Program-made: the position numbers and the translations under genes
Virus record (IMG/VR): IMGVR_UViG_2740892229_000001
Location: 1-7,118 of that record
DNA length: 7,118 nt
Direction: 5' to 3' (one strand)
Source: a virus
Taxonomy: Duplodnaviria; Heunggongvirae; Uroviricota; Caudoviricetes
Part shown: positions 1-5,745 of the stretch, piece after piece
Layout: every line of letters starts with the position of its first letter
Position numbering within the stretch: the stretch's first letter is position 1
The notes under the pieces: generated by a model
Told to the model about the DNA's origin: nothing
What the model saw: only the letters and a program-made list of their open reading frames with translations
Database searches by the model: none

Positions 1-54
1 GTCGCTCGTAACTAAACAGGAGCCGACTTGTTCTGATTATTGGAAATCTTCTTT

Positions 55-81
55 GCCCTCCAGTGTGAGGGCGATTTTTTT
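55..81 (+). terminator. Rho-independent terminator-like hairpin upstream of the first gene
   Basis: Stem GCCCTC (55-60) / GAGGGC (67-72) with 6-nt loop CAGTGT, followed by GATTTTTTT with a 7-T run (75-81). It sits immediately before the RBS GGAGGA (85-90) of the 94..1062 gene. Confidence 0.55.
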
Positions 82-93
82 GACGGAGGATAT

Positions 94-1062
94 ATGAGTG
101 AAGTAACAGATTTAGTTGTTATTGAAAAAGCAAATGCAATGACTGTATTTCAGTCTGCCGACCAGATTGAAGAAATCCTTCAAAAGGTTGAACGTGAAGT
201 TATGTCCTTTGTGCCTGATATCACAACGGCAAAGGGCAGAAAGGAGATCGCTTCTCTGGCGTATAAAGTTGCGCAGACGAAAACATATCTCGATGGTCTT
301 GGCAAAGACCTTGTTGCTGAACTGAAGGAAATTCCAAAGCTAATTGATGCCAACCGCAAGACAGTGCGTGATCGACTTGATGAGCTGAAAGCCAAGGCGC
401 GCCAGCCTCTTACTGATTATGAGGATGAACAGGCACGGATTAAAGCCGAAGAAGAAGCTAAGGCAGCAGCTGAAGCTCTCGCAAAGCAAATTGAGTCTGA
501 CCATGAAATAGCTATTTTGATGGATCGCGAATTTGACCGCCAAAGAGAAGAGGCAAGACTCAAAGCGGAGCAGGAAAAGCGAGAGCATGAAGAACGCTTA
601 AAAAGAGAAGCTGAAGAGAAAGCCAGAGCAGAAGCCGAAGCAAAGGCAAAAGCCGAAATTGAAGCAGCAGCAAGGCGAGAAGCAGAAGCTAAGGCCGCAG
701 CGGAACGTGCAGAGCGTGAACGCATTGAAGCCGAGCAACGAGCACAGCGCGAAGCAAAAGAGGCAGCAGAACGAGCTGAAAGAGAAAAGCAGGCAGCAAT
801 TGAAGCAGAACGCAGAAAAGCACAGGAGGAGGCTGAACGAATCCGTCGCGAGGCTGAAGCAAAAGAGCAAGCCAGAATAGCAGAAGAAAAAAGAATCAAG
901 GACGAAGAAGAGCGTAGAGCAAAGGATAAAGCTCACCGGAAAGAAGTAAATAACAAAATACTTGCTGACCTTATCAAGGTTGGTGCATCAGAAGATGTTG
1001 CTAAAAATATCATAACAGCCATCGTAAAAGGCGAAGTATTCGCAACAAAAATAACCTACTAA
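94..1062 (+). CDS. Hypothetical phage coiled-coil protein (globular N-terminus, long E/A/K/R-rich repeat region, short C-terminal domain)
   Basis: ORF-track frame 40..1062; preferred start is ATG 94 with RBS GGAGGA at 85-90, since the TTG start at 40 would read through the terminator hairpin at 55-81. The middle third is low-complexity (AEAEAKAKAE / REAEAKAAAERAERE type heptads). No family confidently recognised. Confidence 0.6.
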   Translation: MSEVTDLVVIEKANAMTVFQSADQIEEILQKVEREVMSFVPDITTAKGRKEIASLAYKVAQTKTYLDGLGKDLVAELKEIPKLIDANRKTVRDRLDELKAKARQPLTDYEDEQARIKAEEEAKAAAEALAKQIESDHEIAILMDREFDRQREEARLKAEQEKREHEERLKREAEEKARAEAEAKAKAEIEAAARREAEAKAAAERAERERIEAEQRAQREAKEAAERAEREKQAAIEAERRKAQEEAERIRREAEAKEQARIAEEKRIKDEEERRAKDKAHRKEVNNKILADLIKVGASEDVAKNIITAIVKGEVFATKITY

Positions 1063-1086
1063 TAAAACCAACATAAGGAACCACCC

Positions 1087-1218
1087 ATGATTTACGCAAT
1101 CGCGGGAGGCGCTCGCATGGGTGCCTTCCAACTAAATGAATCTTTACTTGAACGAATCACCCGTAAATTACGTGACGGATGGAAAAGAGTTGAGGTCTTA
1201 TTATGCGCAATGAAATAG
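1087..1218 (+). CDS. Small hypothetical protein (43 aa)
   Basis: ATG 1087 preceded by AAGGA (1075-1079) at 7-nt spacing; translation MIYAIAGGARMGAFQLNESLLERITRKLRDGWKRVEVLLCAMK; stop TAG 1216-1218. Below the ORF-track size cut-off; hand-translated. Confidence 0.4.
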   Translation: MIYAIAGGARMGAFQLNESLLERITRKLRDGWKRVEVLLCAMK

Positions 1219-1355
1219 CCATCAATCACCAGATACTTCGTGCTGCACAAAACAAAGCAGTAATAGCCAGATTTATTGGTGATTCCAAAATGTGGCTTGA
1301 AGCAAATAAAGCGATGAAATCAGCTATCAACCTTCCATGGTATCGCAGGAAATGA
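1203..1355 (+). CDS. Small hypothetical protein (50 aa)
   Basis: ATG 1203 preceded by GAGGT (1192-1196); translation MRNEIAINHQILRAAQNKAVIARFIGDSKMWLEANKAMKSAINLPWYRRK; stop TGA 1353-1355. Overlaps the previous small ORF by 16 nt. Hand-translated. Confidence 0.4.
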   Translation: MRNEIAINHQILRAAQNKAVIARFIGDSKMWLEANKAMKSAINLPWYRRK

Positions 1356-1522
1356 GTTTTACAGATAACTGGTCAGACGAAGAATTCATTCGTCAGATGA
1401 AAGAATTAATCGGTAACGAAGGAGATATTCATGTCACTTGCAACCACAGTGAAGGAGAGCAAGTTACAGAGGCGCATGTACACGCAGCAGGCGTTAATGT
1501 ATCGCCAGAAGGGAGATCGTGA
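1352..1522 (+). CDS. Hypothetical small protein (56 aa), uncertain
   Basis: Internal ATG 1352 of ORF-track ORF 1337..1522, forming an ATGA overlap with the stop of the 1203..1355 ORF. The Shine-Dalgarno is poorly spaced (AGGA 2-3 nt from the ATG), the C-terminal half is H/V/G-rich, and it overlaps 1431..1601 out of frame for 92 nt. Confidence 0.25.
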   Translation: MSFTDNWSDEEFIRQMKELIGNEGDIHVTCNHSEGEQVTEAHVHAAGVNVSPEGRS

Positions 1523-1601
1523 AGGTGTTCGCGTATTTTTGAATGCGGCAAAGACTGAAGTATTAAATCAGCGTTATTTCCTTGGGCCATGTCCATTCTG
1601 A
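1431..1601 (+). CDS. Small hypothetical protein (56 aa)
   Basis: Strong RBS GAAGGAG (1418-1424) 6 nt before ATG 1431; translation MSLATTVKESKLQRRMYTQQALMYRQKGDREGVRVFLNAAKTEVLNQRYFLGPCPF; stop TGA 1599-1601, 8 nt before the SSAP start. Not in the ORF track (below size cut-off); hand-translated. Confidence 0.5.
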   Translation: MSLATTVKESKLQRRMYTQQALMYRQKGDREGVRVFLNAAKTEVLNQRYFLGPCPF

Positions 1602-1609
1602 GGTGAATT

Positions 1610-2317
1610 ATGGATTTGAACAAATTCGATGAGCCATTCAGCCCTGAAGATATCGAATGGCGAATACAGCAAAGCGGTAAAACACGCGATGGCAAGGTGT
1701 GGGCTATGGTGCTGGCTTATGTCACGAACCGGGCAATCATGAAGCGCCTGGACGATGTTTGCGGCAAAGCAGGATGGCGCAATGAATACCGCGATATTCC
1801 CAACAACGGCGGAGTTGAATGCGGCATATCAATCAAGATTGATTCCGAATGGGTAACCAAATGGGATGCTGCTGAAAACACGCAGGTAGAAGCCGTCAAA
1901 GGTGGTCGTTCCGGTGCAATGAAGCGCGCTGCCGTTCAGTGGGGAATCGGTCGGTATCTGTATAACCTTGAGGAAGGTTTCGCACAAACATCTCTCGATA
2001 AAAAGCAGGGGTGGCACAGGGCAAAACTGAAGGATGGAACAGGGTTTTACTGGCTCCCTCCAACGCTGCCCGGCTGGGCAATCCCAGCATCAGATAACAA
2101 ACCATCACCAGAAAATACCAACCAGAAATCTCCATCGGTTGACTGCGAACAAATCCTGAAAGACTTCAGCGATTATGCATCGAAAGAAACTGATAAGAAA
2201 AAACTCATCGAGCGTTATCAGCGTGACTGGCAATTAATGGCTGGAAACGAGGAGGCGCAGGCTAAATGCGTTCAGGTAATGAACATCAGAGTTAACGAGC
2301 TAAAACAGGCGGCATAA
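1610..2317 (+). CDS. Rad52-superfamily single-strand annealing protein (Sak/Erf-like phage recombinase)
   Basis: 235-aa ORF with RBS GAGGTG at 1600-1605. Contains the segment KGGRSGAMKRAAVQWGIGRYLY, which matches my recollection of the conserved DNA-binding core of Rad52/Sak-type annealases. Its position directly upstream of ssb is typical of phage recombination modules. Family assignment is from memory, not a search. Confidence 0.75.
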   Translation: MDLNKFDEPFSPEDIEWRIQQSGKTRDGKVWAMVLAYVTNRAIMKRLDDVCGKAGWRNEYRDIPNNGGVECGISIKIDSEWVTKWDAAENTQVEAVKGGRSGAMKRAAVQWGIGRYLYNLEEGFAQTSLDKKQGWHRAKLKDGTGFYWLPPTLPGWAIPASDNKPSPENTNQKSPSVDCEQILKDFSDYASKETDKKKLIERYQRDWQLMAGNEEAQAKCVQVMNIRVNELKQAA

Positions 2318-2791
2318 ATGGCAAGCAGAGGCGTAAATAAGGTGATCATTATTGGTCGCCTTGGGCATGATCCAGAAATCAGATATTCACCATCAGGAAC
2401 GGCATTTGCAAACCTTACAGTTGCTACGTCAGAACAATGGCGTGATAAGCAAACTGGAGAGCAAAAGGAGCAGACGGAGTGGCACCGCGTGGTAATGAGC
2501 GGGAAACTGGCAGAAATTGCCAGCGAATATCTGCGAAAAGGCTCTGAGGTTTATCTTGAAGGCAAATTGCGGACAAGAAAATGGCAGGATCAAAGCGGAC
2601 AGGATCGGTTCACTACTGAAGTCATCGTGGGCGTTGGTGGAACTATGCAAATGATTGGTGGCAAGCAAGGAGGCAATGAACAGTCTTCACCTCAGCGAAA
2701 TAACGGTCAGCAACAAAGACAGCAATCTCAGCAGCATGGGAATCACAGCGAACCACCTATGAACTTCGACGATTCGGATATTCCGTTCTAG
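2318..2791 (+). CDS. ssb: Single-stranded DNA-binding protein (phage-encoded SSB)
   Basis: 157 aa. The N-terminal OB fold aligns closely to E. coli SSB ([70 protein letters not shown]), followed by a G/Q-rich linker and the acidic tail [12 protein letters not shown]. Start ATG 2318 directly abuts the SSAP stop (TAAATG). Confidence 0.95.
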   Translation: MASRGVNKVIIIGRLGHDPEIRYSPSGTAFANLTVATSEQWRDKQTGEQKEQTEWHRVVMSGKLAEIASEYLRKGSEVYLEGKLRTRKWQDQSGQDRFTTEVIVGVGGTMQMIGGKQGGNEQSSPQRNNGQQQRQQSQQHGNHSEPPMNFDDSDIPF

Positions 2792-2800
2792 GAGATGAAT

Positions 2801-3280
2801 ATGAAAATCTGCTCAAGATGCCATCAACAGAAGGAAGAAAGGGACTTTCAAATCAGAAGAGCATCCAGAGATGGATTAACTGCCGCTTGCCGGGCTTGCC
2901 TGGCTGAATACGACAAAGAACGCGCTGGATTGCCACATCGAGTATCAGCAAGGAGAGAATATCAATCATCGGAACGCGGAAGAGAACGGTGTAACGCAGC
3001 CAAAAAGCGGTTCATTCAGAGCAACCCATGGAAAAGAAAAGCCCACATCATTGTGGGTAATTTTTTGCGCGACGGTAAGCTAATCCGACCACCACAATGT
3101 GAGTGCTGCGGATCAGAATGTAAACCACAGGCGCACCACTGCGACTACAGCAAACCAACCGATGTGATGTGGCTCTGCAAGTCATGTCATGTCGAGTGGC
3201 ACAAACATAACAAACCTATCTACCCAGACGAGGAACCAGTAACTCTCCCCTTCCCTCGTCACGCTATTCACGCAATTTAA
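2801..3280 (+). CDS. Cys-rich HNH-like zinc-finger protein (putative HNH endonuclease-family protein)
   Basis: ORF-track frame 2795..3280; ATG 2801 preferred because AGGAG (2790-2794) is then 6 nt upstream. The C-terminal segment CECCGSECKPQAHHCDYSKPTDVMWLCKSCHVEWH fits the HNH beta-beta-alpha-metal pattern (CxxC ... HH ... D ... LCxxCH..H). The N-terminus has a second Cys cluster (CSRCH ... CRAC). Confidence 0.5.
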   Translation: MKICSRCHQQKEERDFQIRRASRDGLTAACRACLAEYDKERAGLPHRVSARREYQSSERGRERCNAAKKRFIQSNPWKRKAHIIVGNFLRDGKLIRPPQCECCGSECKPQAHHCDYSKPTDVMWLCKSCHVEWHKHNKPIYPDEEPVTLPFPRHAIHAI

Positions 3281-3293
3281 TCAGGAGAAAATC

Positions 3294-3587
3294 ATGCCAG
3301 CGCCTCTGTATGGTGCGGATGACCCGCGCCGCTGTTCCGGCAATTCCGTATCGGAGGTGCTGGATAAATTCAGAAAAAACTACGACCTGATAATGTCGCT
3401 ACCGCAGGAAACGAAAGAGGAAAAGGAATTTCGCCATTGTATATGGCTTGCAGAGAAAGAAGAACGCGAGCGAATTTACCAGACATCAATCCGACCATTC
3501 CGCAAAGCCACATATACCCACTTCCCTGAAATTGACCCGCGCCTGCGTAATTACCGCTCACGCTATGGCGCTATCAGTAATGACTGA
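3294..3587 (+). CDS. Hypothetical protein (97 aa)
   Basis: ORF-track ORF; RBS AGGAG (3283-3287) 6 nt before ATG 3294. Charged and hydrophilic; no family recognised. Confidence 0.6.
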   Translation: MPAPLYGADDPRRCSGNSVSEVLDKFRKNYDLIMSLPQETKEEKEFRHCIWLAEKEERERIYQTSIRPFRKATYTHFPEIDPRLRNYRSRYGAISND

Positions 3588-3597
3588 GGAATTTACC

Positions 3598-3765
3598 ATG
3601 AGAGGACTTGCATACAATCCAGGAATTCTTCCGGCAGAAATGATTATTCGCCAACGCGTAAGGCCAATGCCATCGAGAGAGGAATTGCTTAAGAGAAATA
3701 GTTTCGGTTCTGTTAACGACAACAAATATCTGAATGCGATGTGGCGCAAAGGAGGCAACCAGTGA
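3598..3765 (+). CDS. Small hypothetical protein (55 aa)
   Basis: Internal ATG 3598 of ORF-track frame 3448..3765, chosen because it follows the upstream stop (3585-3587) and has GAGGA (3586-3590) at 7-nt spacing. Translation [55 protein letters not shown]. Confidence 0.5.
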   Translation: MRGLAYNPGILPAEMIIRQRVRPMPSREELLKRNSFGSVNDNKYLNAMWRKGGNQ

Positions 3766-4460
3766 GCAAGATTGACTATCAGGTACTGCGTGAGGCAGCA
3801 GTAGCAATTGAAACAGTAGCAACGCCTCAAAAATTGCTGGCATTTCGTATGAAAGTCACACCTCAGGTTGTGCTGGCATTGTTGGATGAACGGGAAAGAA
3901 ACCAGCAATACATCAAACGCCGCGACCAGGAGAACGAGGATATTGCGCTTACGGTTGGGAGGCTGCGCGTTGAGCTGGAAGGCAAAGACAGCAAAATAGC
4001 CAATCTTACCGCCGAACGCGATGCTCTTCGCGAAGGTGAGATAGGCGACGCCAGGCATAGCAACACACGGGCCGCAGCTGATATCTACTTCCAACTGGTC
4101 GAGGAGTGCGAAATTCCTGCTGGCGGATCTCTGGTCGAGTACGTTGACGATATGCGCGAGAAGCTGGAAGCCGCAGAGAAGCGCATTGCAGAACTGGAAG
4201 CACGGGAAATAAAACCAGCCAAAGGCGAAGTTCTTGTCGTTGTCTCTGGTTTTACTGGTTGCGGGAAAAGCGCCATTGCCGGGGAAATAGAAATTGCGAT
4301 GAAAGCTATTGGTGTGCCGGTTCAATGGACTAATGGCGATGCAGAAAAGCATATGACCGGCGCTGACTGGCTGACAGCGATTGAGATGTACAAACCAACT
4401 GTGCGCATCGTGGAAGTTAATGTGCCACGCGCCGCTGGCATTCGCATCAAAGGAGAGTGA
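3762..4460 (+). CDS. Coiled-coil phage protein, possibly Ead/Ea22-like, with a short alpha/beta C-terminal domain
   Basis: ORF-track frame 3741..4460; GTG 3762 preferred because AAAGGAGG (3748-3755) lies 6 nt upstream and it gives a GTGA overlap with the upstream stop. N-terminal [12 protein letters not shown] plus coiled-coil stretches ([39 protein letters not shown]) resemble, from memory, the Ea22 family of lambdoid accessory proteins. C-terminus carries a Walker-A-like string GFTGCGKS. Confidence 0.45.
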   Translation: MSKIDYQVLREAAVAIETVATPQKLLAFRMKVTPQVVLALLDERERNQQYIKRRDQENEDIALTVGRLRVELEGKDSKIANLTAERDALREGEIGDARHSNTRAAADIYFQLVEECEIPAGGSLVEYVDDMREKLEAAEKRIAELEAREIKPAKGEVLVVVSGFTGCGKSAIAGEIEIAMKAIGVPVQWTNGDAEKHMTGADWLTAIEMYKPTVRIVEVNVPRAAGIRIKGE

Positions 4461-4461
4461 T

Positions 4462-4671
4462 ATGGCTATTGCCGCAAGTTACACCATGCATCTCTATTGT
4501 GACTGCCGCCAGTGTACGGAAGGTGTATATCCAGTGCCAGACTTCGGTGAGTATATCGGTACGTCATGGTCTGGTTGTGCAAAAGAGGCGCGCAAGGATG
4601 GCTGGCGAATAAGCAAAGACAAAACGCGTGCTTTTGCGCCCGGGCATAAAGTTTTGAGGATTAACAAATGA
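4462..4671 (+). CDS. Small Cys-cluster protein (69 aa), possible zinc-ribbon
   Basis: Internal ATG 4462 of ORF-track frame 4381..4671; AGGAG (4451-4455) 6 nt upstream; starts 1 nt after the upstream stop. Translation MAIAASYTMHLYCDCRQCTEG...SGCAKE...; CxCxxC plus a distal Cys and His. Confidence 0.5.
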   Translation: MAIAASYTMHLYCDCRQCTEGVYPVPDFGEYIGTSWSGCAKEARKDGWRISKDKTRAFAPGHKVLRINK

Positions 4672-5588
4672 CCACTATTACCAAAGAGCGACTGCTGACA
4701 ATCAAGCAGTGGCGCGAAACATACGGACCTGGTAGCAACGTTGTACTGCCAGCAGAAGAAGCGGAAGAACTGGCACGGATTGCTCTGGCAGCGCTGGAAG
4801 CTGAACCTGTTCTGTATCAGTCCTGCACTCGCCCCACTTGGAATAGCGGTGTTCCGTGGACGGAATGGAAAGAACGTAGTCGTGAGGGCTACGAAAACGA
4901 TTTGCGCTTTACAGACACGCCTGACCATGCCGGTTGGATAAACAAATGCCGAAAACTATATACCACTCCGCCAGTTCCTGTAATACAGGCTGATGTCGCG
5001 CAGGCAATTGAAAAACTCAAACGGAAATTAGTGGAATGCAATCGCTATAACTACTGCGCAGATGCAGTTAAGGGCGTTGAGTATGCCTGCCACGCTGCCA
5101 TGCTTCAGGGTAGCCAACCTGTAAGCCAAACTTACAAGTTTCCAGTTAATACACCTTGCCAGGATGCGCCAGCCCATATCTGGCTGCAAACAGCTGGAGT
5201 ATGGCCAGAAGATGGCGAGTTAAGCGAATTAACGTGGTGCAGCCACAATCAGCACCATGATGACACGCTATATGTTCGAGCTGACCTTGTGAATGGCAAC
5301 TATCCGGTAACTCCGGATGGTTGGATAAGCTGTAGTGAGCGAATGCCTGTAATTGGCGAGCTAAATTGGAGAACTAGTTTTCCTTTGCTGATTACGTGTG
5401 AGATCGGCGTTATACCTGCTTATTACGGCTTTGTAAGCATTAATGGTGAAAGACATTATGGCTTTATGGAGAGCTTTAAATACGGAGATGAGCACGGCAA
5501 CCACCCTCAAACTAATGAATATGGTCTGATTAGCAATGTAACCCACTGGATGCCGCTGCCAGAACCGCCGGAGCAGGATGGTGAATGA
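4668..5588 (+). CDS. DUF551-domain phage protein
   Basis: 306 aa; ATG 4668 gives an ATGA overlap with the upstream stop; GAGGA (4656-4660) 7 nt upstream. The C-terminal ~90 aa end in ...NVTHWMPLPEPPEQDGE, matching my recollection of the DUF551 signature (W-x-PLPEPP) common in lambdoid prophage accessory regions. The N-terminal ~200 aa is not recognised. Confidence 0.6.
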   Translation: MTTITKERLLTIKQWRETYGPGSNVVLPAEEAEELARIALAALEAEPVLYQSCTRPTWNSGVPWTEWKERSREGYENDLRFTDTPDHAGWINKCRKLYTTPPVPVIQADVAQAIEKLKRKLVECNRYNYCADAVKGVEYACHAAMLQGSQPVSQTYKFPVNTPCQDAPAHIWLQTAGVWPEDGELSELTWCSHNQHHDDTLYVRADLVNGNYPVTPDGWISCSERMPVIGELNWRTSFPLLITCEIGVIPAYYGFVSINGERHYGFMESFKYGDEHGNHPQTNEYGLISNVTHWMPLPEPPEQDGE

Positions 5589-5674
5589 TGCCGCCAGTTA
5601 AAGTTGTGATTATCACTTTGGTGATGATAGTGATTGCGAGAATCATGTCTGGTGAAATTGGGTGGATATGGTAA
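5588..5674 (+). CDS. Putative 28-aa hydrophobic micro-protein (single transmembrane helix)
   Basis: ATG 5588 overlaps the DUF551 stop (TGATG; an in-frame ATG at 5585 is also possible). Translation MPPVKVVIITLVMIVIARIMSGEIGWIW; stop TAA 5672-5674. Hand-translated; not in the ORF track. Confidence 0.3.
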   Translation: MPPVKVVIITLVMIVIARIMSGEIGWIW

Positions 5675-5721
5675 TGGCTAAGGCAGCAGCAGAGCGCAAC
5701 TAACAATCCTCGCACTAGCGG

Positions 5722-5734
5722 GGATTTCTTTTAT
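5722..5734. repeat. Left copy of a 13-bp direct repeat GGATTTCTTTTAT flanking the 5746..6546 gene
   Basis: Exact 13-mer GGATTTCTTTTAT at 5722-5734, repeated at 6550-6562; both copies are preceded by GCG(G). Confidence 0.5.
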
Positions 5735-5745
5735 ATGGGGATAAT

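Noticed and set aside
40-93. TTG start at 40 extending the first ORF by 18 codons (MEIFFALQCEGDFFDGGY)
   Set aside because: The extension would be translated across the terminator hairpin at 55-81 and lacks a Shine-Dalgarno, whereas ATG 94 has GGAGGA just upstream.
417-936. Long minus-strand ORFs (417..899, 160 aa; 598..936, 112 aa) and a + strand alternate-frame ORF (659..880) inside the coiled-coil gene
   Set aside because: They lie entirely within the repetitive E/A/K/R-coding segment; their translations are low-complexity strings of Ser/Ala/Arg/Cys/Phe or Lys/Gln typical of out-of-frame reads of GAAGC-type repeats, with no start context of their own.
3448-3597. N-terminal extension of the 55-aa gene (ORF-track start at 3448) and of the 69-aa gene (start at 4381)
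   Set aside because: The extensions overlap the preceding genes in another frame for 140 and 80 nt; internal ATGs at 3598 and 4462 sit just past the upstream stops with well-spaced Shine-Dalgarno sequences.
3558-4352. 264-aa minus-strand ORF (and 3574..3843, 3863..4066, 4006..4203, 4085..4276 on the minus strand)
   Set aside because: Antisense to the well-supported + strand genes 3598..3765 and 3762..4460; Phe/Cys/Leu-rich composition unlike neighbouring proteins, and no RBS; judged a shadow ORF.
4494-4928. 144-aa minus-strand ORF and the + strand 66-aa ORF 4741..4941
   Set aside because: Both are embedded in or antisense to the DUF551 gene and the 69-aa gene, which have coupled starts and good RBSs; no independent support.
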